Source: a virus | Virus record (IMG/VR): IMGVR_UViG_3300049846_001597 | Coordinates: 8,313 to 72,312 of that record | DNA: 64,000 bases | Direction: 5' to 3' (one strand) | Shown: one piece after another, positions 44,879-52,921 of the stretch | Layout: each line of letters begins with the position of its first letter | Position numbering within the stretch: position 1 is the stretch's first letter | The notes under the pieces: generated by a model | Seen by the model: only the letters and a program-made list of their open reading frames with translations | The model's database searches: none | What the model was told of the DNA's origin: nothing | Position numbers and translations under genes: made by a program

Positions 44879-45270
44879 GCGGCCTGCGCTTTCGCCCAAG
44901 CCGCTTCGATACGGCGACCGCCGATCTCTTTGTCTTTGACGGCCATGTAGGTGCGTCCGTCTGCGCCCACGATGTATGAGCCCGCTGGATAACGTTTGGT
45001 GTAAACGAGGTCGCCGGGTTGATATTGCGGCTTCTGATCGATGGCGTCCCAATCGGCGGAGCGAAAAGCGACGGGTGACATGGCGACGATGCGCGCAAGC
45101 ACGGACGCGCCCGTCTCATCAGCCTTGGTGCTGTCATGCAGAATAATGCTGCCGATCTTGTCGTCAGGCACGGCCTGCAAGATGATGACATCGAAGTCCC
45201 AACCGGGCTCGTAGCCGAAATTCAGCTCCGAGAGCGGCGGGATGGGTTTGTAGCGTTGGAGTGTTGTCAC
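44875..45270 (-). CDS. GroES-like co-chaperonin
   Basis: KIGSIIL mobile loop; RIVAMSP.AF; GDLV...RY.AG...G.DG..Y....D.EI. Confidence 0.75.
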   Translation of the reverse strand: MTTLQRYKPIPPLSELNFGYEPGWDFDVIILQAVPDDKIGSIILHDSTKADETGASVLARIVAMSPVAFRSADWDAIDQKPQYQPGDLVYTKRYPAGSYIVGADGRTYMAVKDKEIGGRRIEAAWAKAQAA

Positions 45271-45280
45271 TGAAAACTCT

Positions 45281-45526
45281 TCACCGTTTGCCGTACAGAA
45301 ATTGCATCGTTTTGGCGCGACCCGCTTTGCACCACTTCAAACGCTGCTCGGTGCTGACGGGCTCCAGCCCCATGCGATTAGCCTTGCCGATGCAGGCCAT
45401 GTTGGTCTTACCGACGATGTCGGCGATCTCAGGCGAGGGGAGCTTGCCCCAATAACGTACAAGACCCTTAACTTGGGTAAGCGACCACTTGTCATTAACA
45501 TGGTCGATCAATTCTTGCTCGGTCAT
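45281..45526 (-). CDS. GcrA N-terminal-like domain protein
   Basis: WS...V..L...W....EIA..VG.T..ACIGKANRMGL. Confidence 0.75.
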   Translation of the reverse strand: MTEQELIDHVNDKWSLTQVKGLVRYWGKLPSPEIADIVGKTNMACIGKANRMGLEPVSTEQRLKWCKAGRAKTMQFLYGKR

Positions 45527-45816
45527 TGCGTGCTTCCCGCTCTCGCGACCCAAGTGCCGTCGAGATCGTGCTCAAGCTCACCTGATTCGTGCATGTTGAC
45601 TACACTCTCGTAGGTCAGCTCCTGCGGGGTGAGCCGCATCAGCGCAAAGAATTGGCCGCGCAAGTAACCTGCATCGTGGGTGTCGCGCTCGCTGCCATAG
45701 AAGAAGCGGCCAAGATATTGGTCGCGCGCGTCGTCAGCGGCGGCGACGATGGCGTCGAGCACCCATTGTGTGATGGGGGAGCTGCGCCATTGTTCAAATT
45801 CTTCTTTGTCGATCAT
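45523..45816 (-). CDS. Conserved portal-module hypothetical protein
   Basis: EEFEQW.S.PIT.W. Confidence 0.65.
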   Translation of the reverse strand: MIDKEEFEQWRSSPITQWVLDAIVAAADDARDQYLGRFFYGSERDTHDAGYLRGQFFALMRLTPQELTYESVVNMHESGELEHDLDGTWVARAGSTQ

Positions 45817-46235
45817 TGGCTGCGTGTGTGAGAGGGGGCGAGGCGGATACGCCCGTGTCGGATTTGGCTTAGGGTGGAGCGCACCACGTTGTCGGTGGTG
45901 GGTTCCAGGCCGATGGATTGGCGATAGGCGTTCAGACGCTCACGCAGCACCTGGGAGGGGAGGCCTTTGCCCATCATGCTGGCGAGGAAATCGCGGTTGA
46001 CCGGGCGCCCCGGCAGGCCGCGCAGGCGTTTCGCTCGTTCAGCCGCCTCCGGCCCGATGCGTCCGCTGCGAATATTGGTCATCATTGTTTTGACGGAGCC
46101 CGAGGTGTAGCCGGTGATCTCGGCCAACGCCTTCGGGTAGCCGCGCAAGTCGCCTTTGCGCAGCTCCGCCCAAGCCTCCGCCGCCTCCAGCAGACGCCAG
46201 AAGCCGCCGTCGCCCCAGGTTTTCTTGTGGCTCAC
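45813..46235 (-). CDS. HTH-like hypothetical protein
   Basis: LAEITGYTSGSVKTMM; internal repeat IRSGRI/IRHGRI. Confidence 0.5.
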   Translation of the reverse strand: MSHKKTWGDGGFWRLLEAAEAWAELRKGDLRGYPKALAEITGYTSGSVKTMMTNIRSGRIGPEAAERAKRLRGLPGRPVNRDFLASMMGKGLPSQVLRERLNAYRQSIGLEPTTDNVVRSTLSQIRHGRIRLAPSHTRSQ

Positions 46236-46341
46236 GGCTTCGGCTTCTTAAGCCGGGGGAGGGTCGGCCACTTGCCGGTTACGACCCTGTAGCCGCCAAT
46301 ACAGATGGCGGCGAGGCCGAGGAGGATGGCGAAAGTCTCGA

Positions 46342-46629
46342 TCATGGCAACTTCTCGTAGTCGGCGAGGCGAGTTGTCGCCCGCTCCTCGGGTTTAGGGA
46401 TGTCGATCTCTTCTGGATCGGGCGGCTGCAGTTTCGACGTTTTGTCGATTAGTTCTTCTAAATCAATGACATCCGGCGCAGAACTCGGGCTCGGCTGCGT
46501 CAGGTGATTTTCACCAAAGACCCACGCCTCGTAGGACTTGGCCGCCGACAAAATCGCTGTCGGCGTGCTGGCGTGGCGGCAGGCGATCTCCAGCAGGTAG
46601 ATGCGTTGGCTTGGGTCGGCAGTCATCAA
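46342..46629 (-). CDS. Hypothetical protein
   Basis: AAGGAG RBS; R..LLEIA...I...A..YEAWV. Confidence 0.6.
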   Translation of the reverse strand: MMTADPSQRIYLLEIACRHASTPTAILSAAKSYEAWVFGENHLTQPSPSSAPDVIDLEELIDKTSKLQPPDPEEIDIPKPEERATTRLADYEKLP

Positions 46630-46768
46630 AACTCCTTGCTGACTTTTTGCACGCCCCGCAGCCAGCGGCGGGTAGACGCGCGCACGGGGCGACCCTGGCG
46701 GGAAAACCGTAAGCGTCGTGCAGGCGAAAGCATCCGCGATTCGGCGTTAAAAAAGTCTTGCATAGGGG

Positions 46769-46797
46769 TTGTCAGCCGATCTTCAATGTACTACATG
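46769..46797 (+). promoter_or_regulatory. Sigma70 promoter with ATGTACTACAT operator
   Basis: TTGTCA-N17-TACATG; shares TCTTCAATGTACTACAT with the 38556 promoter. Confidence 0.75.
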
Positions 46798-46823
46798 AAT
46801 AATACGGAAGACGGAGACGGAAG

Positions 46824-47708
46824 ATGACCAACGCCTGGGATCGCCTGATGGAGCAATCGACGCTGGAGGACGACGCCGCCCCCACGCAAGCGCCGCTTGA
46901 GCGTTTCGCCCGGTTGCAGGCAGAAGTCACCACCTCGGAAACCTATAAGGAAACCTGCCCGAAGTGCCGTGGCACGGGCCGCTTCCGCAGCTACGGCGCG
47001 TGCTACACCTGCAAGGGCGTCGGCCACCGCGAGTACAAGACCTCGCCGCAAACCCGCCAAGCTAACCGCGACCGCGCGCACGCCCGCCACGCCGCCAAAA
47101 TCGAAGGTTTTGCCCGCACGTATCCCAATGAGGTGGCTTGGATGAACGCCAAGCAAGCCACCTTCGGCTTCGCAGGCAAGATGCTGCAAGCGCTGATGCA
47201 ATACGGCGAGCTGACCGAGCGCCAACTCGAAACCGTGCAGCGCCTGATGACCCAAGACGCCGAGCGCGCCGCCGCCCGCAAGGTCGAAGCGGAAACCCGC
47301 GCCGCCGCCGCCTCGACGGTTTCGGTCGAAGCTCTGGAAACCGCTTACGCCACCGCGCGTGAAAACGGCATCCGTTTCCCGAAGCTGCCGCTGACGTGGC
47401 AGAACCCGGAAGACAAGGATGACGCGCAGACCTTCCTGTTCAAAACGTCGCAGAAGGGGCCGATCTACGTCACCGAGTCGGGCGAGTACCTGGGCAAGAT
47501 CACCGAGGGCAAGTTCTTCGGCGTGCGCGCCTGCTCGAAGCAAACCGAGGAGCGCATTGTCGCCATCTGCGCCGATCCTAAGCAAGCCGCTATCGCCTAT
47601 GGCCGCCGCTTTGGCGTCTGCTGCAAGTGCGGTCGCGAGCTGACCAACAAGGCCAGCATCGAACTCGGCATCGGCCCGATCTGCGCAGCAAAGTACGGGT
47701 GGGCTTGA
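46824..47708 (+). CDS. DnaJ-type zinc finger plus DUF6011-like zinc finger protein
   Basis: CPKCRGTG..CYTCKGVG; CCKCGRELT..SIELGIGPICA. Confidence 0.8.
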   Translation: MTNAWDRLMEQSTLEDDAAPTQAPLERFARLQAEVTTSETYKETCPKCRGTGRFRSYGACYTCKGVGHREYKTSPQTRQANRDRAHARHAAKIEGFARTYPNEVAWMNAKQATFGFAGKMLQALMQYGELTERQLETVQRLMTQDAERAAARKVEAETRAAAASTVSVEALETAYATARENGIRFPKLPLTWQNPEDKDDAQTFLFKTSQKGPIYVTESGEYLGKITEGKFFGVRACSKQTEERIVAICADPKQAAIAYGRRFGVCCKCGRELTNKASIELGIGPICAAKYGWA

Positions 47709-47733
47709 CGCTCCAGCATCCGTGTACTACATT
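47705..47733 (+). promoter_or_regulatory. Sigma70 promoter with GTGTACTACAT operator
   Basis: TTGACG-N17-TACATT, then ACGGAGAC RBS. Confidence 0.8.
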
Positions 47734-47758
47734 CATCTCATCGGAACGGAGACGCCTT

Positions 47759-48091
47759 ATGACCCACACCGCCGCTCAACTCGCCGCCATCGAAGCGTTC
47801 GTGCAAGCGCTGCAAACTAAGTTCGACGCCGAAGGCCCAGGCTACGGCCCAGGCGAGCTGCACCACACGGTTTTCTCGGTCGAGTACGGCCCGAAATACG
47901 CGCGCATCGTTGAGACGAAGTACGCTGGCAGCCGCTCGGTCTATTGCTTCGTTGAGATCGCAACCGGCGACATCCTGAAGTCGGCGAGCTGGAAGGCTCC
48001 GGCCAAGGGCGCGCGCGGCACCATCCTGACGCCGACCTTCGGCGTCGAGTTCTGCGACCGCTTCGGCGGCTCGCTCTACAAGCGCCGCTAG
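47759..48091 (+). CDS. Conserved small phage early protein
   Basis: KYARIV...SVYCFV...TGDILKSASWKAPAKGARG. Confidence 0.8.
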   Translation: MTHTAAQLAAIEAFVQALQTKFDAEGPGYGPGELHHTVFSVEYGPKYARIVETKYAGSRSVYCFVEIATGDILKSASWKAPAKGARGTILTPTFGVEFCDRFGGSLYKRR

Positions 48092-48102
48092 GAGGAACTG
48101 AC

Positions 48103-48411
48103 ATGCCTAAACTTTGGATCAAACGTGACGCGCCGGGCGCGTATTTCAGCCCGCTCATTGACGGCAAGCGCTATTGGGCTTGGCGCAACAACGAAGAGGG
48201 CGGCTGGTGGCGCGTTGATATGGTTGATGAGCGCCTCGACGGCAAGCCGGTGATCGGTACGGCGTGCTTCCGTCTTCTCAAAGACGCCGACGACTTCATC
48301 CGCGCCATTCCTGTGCGCCGCCGCAACATCATGTCGGGCGACTACTTCATCGAGCGCGTCGACACCCCGTATTATCTCTCGCCGTCGAGCGAGACGTATT
48401 GGAGTTCGTAG
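48103..48411 (+). CDS. Hypothetical phage protein
   Basis: AGGAGG RBS; N.MSG..F.E..DTPY..SPSSETYWS. Confidence 0.75.
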   Translation: MPKLWIKRDAPGAYFSPLIDGKRYWAWRNNEEGGWWRVDMVDERLDGKPVIGTACFRLLKDADDFIRAIPVRRRNIMSGDYFIERVDTPYYLSPSSETYWSS

Positions 48412-48414
48412 AGC

Positions 48415-48443
48415 TTGCGCTAGCACTATTCGTGTAGTGCATA
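48415..48443 (+). promoter_or_regulatory. Variant promoter/operator
   Basis: TTGCGC-N17-TGCATA with GTGTAGTGCAT. Confidence 0.55.
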
Positions 48444-48467
48444 TCTTGCTGGGAACGGAGGCTGAAA

Positions 48468-48839
48468 ATGATCGACACACGCAAACCCTATCGCCAATTC
48501 GACCGTAAAGACGAATATGGCGGCGGCGAAGACCGCGTCACCGTTGGCCTGAATTACGGCAACGACACGCGGCTCATCGTAGAGTCCAGCCACAAAGGCC
48601 GGGTCGAACGCTATCGCAGCGACTCGAAGCTCGAAATCCACCCGTGCTGGCGCGATGACGGCAGTGTGCTGATCGAACTCAGCGTCACCAATTACTCGCG
48701 CAATGGCGCGCGCCGCACGTCCTACCAATCGTTGGTGCTGCCACGCGATGCGGCTGACGCCATCGCCAAGGTGCTCAACAACCGGCCCGCCAACGAAGCC
48801 TTGGCGGAAATGCCAAACACAACGAAGATCGAACGATGA
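48468..48839 (+). CDS. Hypothetical protein
   Basis: GGAGG RBS. Confidence 0.7.
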   Translation: MIDTRKPYRQFDRKDEYGGGEDRVTVGLNYGNDTRLIVESSHKGRVERYRSDSKLEIHPCWRDDGSVLIELSVTNYSRNGARRTSYQSLVLPRDAADAIAKVLNNRPANEALAEMPNTTKIER

Positions 48840-49012
48840 GCTACGTCCTACGCCACCTCAAGACCGGCGAATACTTGAAGCGCCCGTTTGCGCGCACCAC
48901 TGATATTGCCGAAGCGCAGCGCTTTTCCAACGCAGGCGAGGCCGCGCGCTACAAGCGCACGCAGGTGCGCATGCCGCAGAACTGGACTGAGGACAAAGCC
49001 GACGATGAGTGA
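48836..49012 (+). CDS. 58-aa hypothetical protein missing from the ORF track
   Basis: MSYVLRHLKTGEYL...T.DI.EAQRF; ATGA coupling. Confidence 0.55.
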   Translation: MSYVLRHLKTGEYLKRPFARTTDIAEAQRFSNAGEAARYKRTQVRMPQNWTEDKADDE

Positions 49013-49328
49013 CGTAAAAGAGAAGACCAAGCCCGGCGACTCCATCACCGACCTCATCCGCAAGCATGGTGCGGACACCAAGCGCGAGGAAGAAAAGACC
49101 GAGACGCCGAAGAAGAAGTGGCGCAACGTCTTTCAAGCGATGGAGGATGGGCTAGTGTGGCAAGGCCCGCCGACGCCGGGCGAGCCGCTCAAGTCTGGCG
49201 ACATCGTGTTCGGCAAGAACACCTATCGCACGGCGGAGGCGGCGCGCAAGGCTTGCATCGCTGGCATCATGGCTGGCCGCTGGCACCCGCTGGCGTTCTT
49301 CTATCTTGGACCGGAGGAAGTGGAGTGA
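49005..49328 (+). CDS. Hypothetical protein
   Basis: Coupled ORF. Confidence 0.5.
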   Translation: MSDVKEKTKPGDSITDLIRKHGADTKREEEKTETPKKKWRNVFQAMEDGLVWQGPPTPGEPLKSGDIVFGKNTYRTAEAARKACIAGIMAGRWHPLAFFYLGPEEVE

Positions 49329-49500
49329 GCCCGATCACGCTCTACTTCGCCATCCAATTCTTCATCATGGCGCAGAGCATGTCCGAAGACGCCGCCGTGC
49401 CAGAGGGAGAGCGCCTGTGGTGGTTCCTCGGGCTCAACGTACTTGGCTTGCTGCTGCTTGTCGCCGCCAATGAGCGGAGGGAGAAGAAATAAGCCTCAGC

Positions 49501-49947
49501 TTAAGCCGCCAACAGCAACGCAATCGCCTCGTCATCATCATTGGCGGGGCGCTTAGCGGCGCGCTGGTGGGCGCTGATCGCAGCCTCTAGGCGGACCAAC
49601 TCGGCCACCGCCGCTTCGCGCGTCATCTCTTGCGTTGGCGCTGGAGCGCCAACAGCCTCGACCACACCGGCGCTGACGGAAGCACGCTGCGCCACCGCAA
49701 GCACCGCCATCAACCCCGCCATCGAGACGCGCCGGTCGTCTTGCTCGTAAACCAATGAGCCAGCGAGGCGCACCACGCCAGAGCGCGTCGTGACCGCAAC
49801 CGCTGCGTCTTCAAGTGTACCCGTCGCCGTGGCGACGCCAGCCGCCGATCCGGCCAGCGCACCCACGATTGCACCGCCGCCGCCGCTTGGGCGGAAAAAC
49901 TGGTTGAAGTAATCTTCAGGCCAGTAGGGGGTGTTGAACGTGCTCAT
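49501..49947 (-). CDS. Virion-module hypothetical protein
   Basis: Ends DDDEAIALLLAA; coupled ORF. Confidence 0.6.
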   Translation of the reverse strand: MSTFNTPYWPEDYFNQFFRPSGGGGAIVGALAGSAAGVATATGTLEDAAVAVTTRSGVVRLAGSLVYEQDDRRVSMAGLMAVLAVAQRASVSAGVVEAVGAPAPTQEMTREAAVAELVRLEAAISAHQRAAKRPANDDDEAIALLLAA

Positions 49948-50711
49948 CAGTCGAGATCATAACTCAAGCTGGTGCGGTTGCCGTCCACATCGACGGTCGC
50001 CGTGATCCGATCTTGGTCATCAGCCACAGCATTGCGGAACGTGATGGTGGTCGTGCCGCCGCCAGAAACCTTGCCACCTGTAGCCGCCGCAATGAGACGC
50101 AGTGCTTGGCGAAGCGTCAGGCCCGTCTCAACGTCTTCCTCGTCCAACAGGTAGGTTGAGAAGATGGCCGCATCCAACTCAACCGCTGGCGCAATCGAGC
50201 CTATAAGCTCGCCTGTGGCGTAACGCACCGCCGAGGTAGTAGCGACGCCCGCGCTCGCGCCGACGCCCCACGCCTTAGCTGTGATCGATCCAGACGCAGT
50301 AGCGACGCCTGCCGCCGCAGCGGAGCCAGAGAGCGCCGCGATGACGTTGCCTGAAACCGTCGCGACGCCCGCCGCCGATCCGACGCCAGAGGTGACAAGC
50401 TGACCGCTGCCGGTGGCGGTTGCGACCCCATCGGCGGTTGCGGCGATGTTGCGGCCAGACGCCATCGCGCCACTGGCGGTGGCGACGCCTTGGGCTGAGT
50501 TGTGCGAGGAGAGGCCGCCCGTCTTGAGCGGCAGCACCCAGCTTGACGGCGCAAGGTTGCCTGATGGGATGCCAGATTTCGCCGCCCAGCCGCCTGCGCC
50601 CGCAAACACATTGCGCCGGTTGCCGCGCGCGACAAACGCGCGCTCTTGCGTCGCACCGCGCGGGTGAAGCGGATACTGCGCTGCGATGGCGTTATTTTGA
50701 AGCAGCGCCAC
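49947..50711 (-). CDS. Fibre-like structural protein with GVATA repeats
   Basis: Repeated (A)GVAT(A)S; ETGLTLRQALRL..GK.SG...RITATVD..GNR. Confidence 0.7.
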   Translation of the reverse strand: MALLQNNAIAAQYPLHPRGATQERAFVARGNRRNVFAGAGGWAAKSGIPSGNLAPSSWVLPLKTGGLSSHNSAQGVATASGAMASGRNIAATADGVATATGSGQLVTSGVGSAAGVATVSGNVIAALSGSAAAAGVATASGSITAKAWGVGASAGVATTSAVRYATGELIGSIAPAVELDAAIFSTYLLDEEDVETGLTLRQALRLIAAATGGKVSGGGTTTITFRNAVADDQDRITATVDVDGNRTSLSYDLD

Positions 50712-50714
50712 GCA

Positions 50715-51608
50715 TCAGCCCCAACCGAAATCGACGGAGCCGTAGAAGTTGGTCGAGGCCGCGACCGCCGCGCCCGTGAACAGAAGCCACGTCAAGCACG
50801 CATCATCCGGTATCTTCGGCAAGCTTGGCAGCTGGTTCATCAAGTCGCGCTCTGCGCCAACTGACACGGTGGTCAGAGGCAGCGTCAGAATCGGGCGGCA
50901 CAGAACAAGCGCGGCGAGCGGCGCGGTGCCAGCCGATGAGGCCGACATTGTAACCGACGCCACGTTGCGGATGCCGTAGTCGCCGTTCGCCAACGGCAGG
51001 AAGGGGCCGTAGTTGTTGGCGGCGGTGCCTGAGTGCGTGATGTGCGGGGTGATCGCTGACGCGGTGCAAGCCACAGTCACAGGCAGCGTGTTGCCGGTGT
51101 TGCCGTCTTGGTCGGTGTAGCTGATGTTGATGTTGTGCGCGGTCGCGCCCACCGTGCCCGAGTACGGCACGAGATATGCGCGCACGCCGACGCCATTGGT
51201 GTAGCGCAGCGACGGCGTACCCGAGAGGTTTTGCGCCACGGCGGAGTTGAGCGAGATGTTATTCCAGTAGCCGCACATATCGACCAGCATCAGCACCGAT
51301 GGAACGCCGGTCGCAACGCCCGTAACTGCGGCGACGTTCAAGACGTGCTTGGTGTCGGTTGACACGTTGCCGCCATGACGGAGGCCAAAAATCTGCGTGC
51401 CGTTGCCGCTGGTTTCCGTGCAGGCCGTCCACGTCAGCGACGTGCCAGCCCAGGCGTTTGCAACCGGCGTGCCGCCAAGTGCGCTCATATCGTACCAGCG
51501 GCCAGCAGTGTAGGCGGCAGCGCCCGTGATCTTGTTCCAGTCGTTGCGCCAGAACTTGCCGTTGGTGGTGACTTCGGTGATGAAGTCGTCGTGCGATGAC
51601 CAGCCCAT
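50715..51608 (-). CDS. Structural beta-sandwich protein (paralog of 51612..52478)
   Basis: RYTNGVGV, ISYTDQDG, PFLPLA.GD.GIR.V.S, LVL.RP. Confidence 0.7.
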   Translation of the reverse strand: MGWSSHDDFITEVTTNGKFWRNDWNKITGAAAYTAGRWYDMSALGGTPVANAWAGTSLTWTACTETSGNGTQIFGLRHGGNVSTDTKHVLNVAAVTGVATGVPSVLMLVDMCGYWNNISLNSAVAQNLSGTPSLRYTNGVGVRAYLVPYSGTVGATAHNINISYTDQDGNTGNTLPVTVACTASAITPHITHSGTAANNYGPFLPLANGDYGIRNVASVTMSASSAGTAPLAALVLCRPILTLPLTTVSVGAERDLMNQLPSLPKIPDDACLTWLLFTGAAVAASTNFYGSVDFGWG

Positions 51609-51611
51609 GTG

Positions 51612-52478
51612 TTAGCCCCAAGCAAAGGTGACGTGGCCGCGCACCACGGATGATGTTGATGACGCGCCAGACGTGAAGATATGATTGAGGCACGCGCCGG
51701 ATTGGACTTCCAGCGTGCGGCCATCGTGAATGTATGGCGTCTTTTCAGAAGCCGTCGAAGTCTCGCGCAAGATTTGCTGAATAAGCGGCTTCACCAAAAC
51801 CAGCGAGATGAACCCGCCAGCCGATGCGCTCAGCGTGATCGATTGCACAGAGCGCACGCCCGCGTCGTTATCCGCAAGCGGAATGAACGGCGTGCGCTGG
51901 CCTGCGCCAGCCGTTGAGTTTGCCGCGCAATTGATCGTGCCAAGGTTTGCGGTGTTGAGGTAAAACGTCGCCGTGCGACCCGAGACGCCAGCGCTGTTGG
52001 TGTAGCTCACCGTCGCTGTTGCCGTCGCCGTTTGCGGCACGGTGCAGACGGCCATTATTTGCACGCCTTCGCCGCTCGTATAGCGGGTGAGGCTTGCCGT
52101 GTTGTCCAAGTCCTGCTGATCGGTCGAGTCCATATCGAGCAGCGGATAGTGACCGAGGTAGTCGCAGAGAATGTAATAGGCCGGGGCCATGTTGGCCGTG
52201 GAGCACTGAAGCTGCGCGTCCACGATCACCTTATCTTCGCCGGAGGCGGGCGAGGGGCCAGCATAGATGCCGAAGTTGCCTGCGCCCGTGAGCGGCGTAA
52301 ATTCGCCCTGGACGCCAACGTAGGCGTTGTAGCGCGGGATGCCTGCGCCGACGCTTAGGTCAGCCCAATTGGCCGCCGCGCCAAGCACGGGCGAGGTTGT
52401 CTTGTGAATGAAGCTCGTCCAGCTCTTGCCGCCATCACTGGCTGAATTGGCAAGCTCGACAAGGCGATCAAAGGACAC
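51612..52478 (-). CDS. Structural beta-sandwich protein (paralog of 50715..51608)
   Basis: RYTSGEGV, VSYTNSAG, PFIPLADND.GVR.V.S, LVLVKP. Confidence 0.7.
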   Translation of the reverse strand: MSFDRLVELANSASDGGKSWTSFIHKTTSPVLGAAANWADLSVGAGIPRYNAYVGVQGEFTPLTGAGNFGIYAGPSPASGEDKVIVDAQLQCSTANMAPAYYILCDYLGHYPLLDMDSTDQQDLDNTASLTRYTSGEGVQIMAVCTVPQTATATATVSYTNSAGVSGRTATFYLNTANLGTINCAANSTAGAGQRTPFIPLADNDAGVRSVQSITLSASAGGFISLVLVKPLIQQILRETSTASEKTPYIHDGRTLEVQSGACLNHIFTSGASSTSSVVRGHVTFAWG

Positions 52479-52910
52479 TTAGTCCTCCGTGATGTCGAGG
52501 TCGCCCGCTGCAAACTGAGGCTGGATGCCAGACGAGACAGCAAGCGATGACGTCAGCGCGCCCTTGTAAAGCACCTTGCCGGTCGAGCTTGAAGCCGTGC
52601 CGACTGCGAAGTGCGTGACCGTCTCCGAACCCCCCGTGCATTGGGGAAACTGAATGATTGCCGTGTTGCTGACGGCGTTGCCGCTAACCGTCCAACCGCC
52701 GCTGTCTCGCGTCACCGCCACGCGCGCATAGGACGTGTAAGCACACTCGCTGGTGGTTTGCGAGCCAGCTTCACCTGGGTCAGCGGTGTGCAAGCTCACA
52801 TAGAGGCTCGTCAGTGGCGACGATGCCGCATTGTCTGCGATGTTGGCGATGGCTGTGCCATTGAAGATCAGCTTCAGCAGATCGTTCTCGAATGTATTGC
52901 CCTTGCTCAT
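52479..52910 (-). CDS. Fibre/decoration-associated structural protein
   Basis: LYVSLHTADPGEAG...SYARVAV...I.FP...THF. Confidence 0.75.
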   Translation of the reverse strand: MSKGNTFENDLLKLIFNGTAIANIADNAASSPLTSLYVSLHTADPGEAGSQTTSECAYTSYARVAVTRDSGGWTVSGNAVSNTAIIQFPQCTGGSETVTHFAVGTASSSTGKVLYKGALTSSLAVSSGIQPQFAAGDLDITED

Positions 52911-52921
52911 ACGTCTTGATC

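Noticed and set aside
50715-52478. Paralogous pair as a diversity-generating retroelement or invertible cassette
   Set aside because: Old protein-level similarity only; no reverse transcriptase, invertase or adenine-specific repeat pair seen
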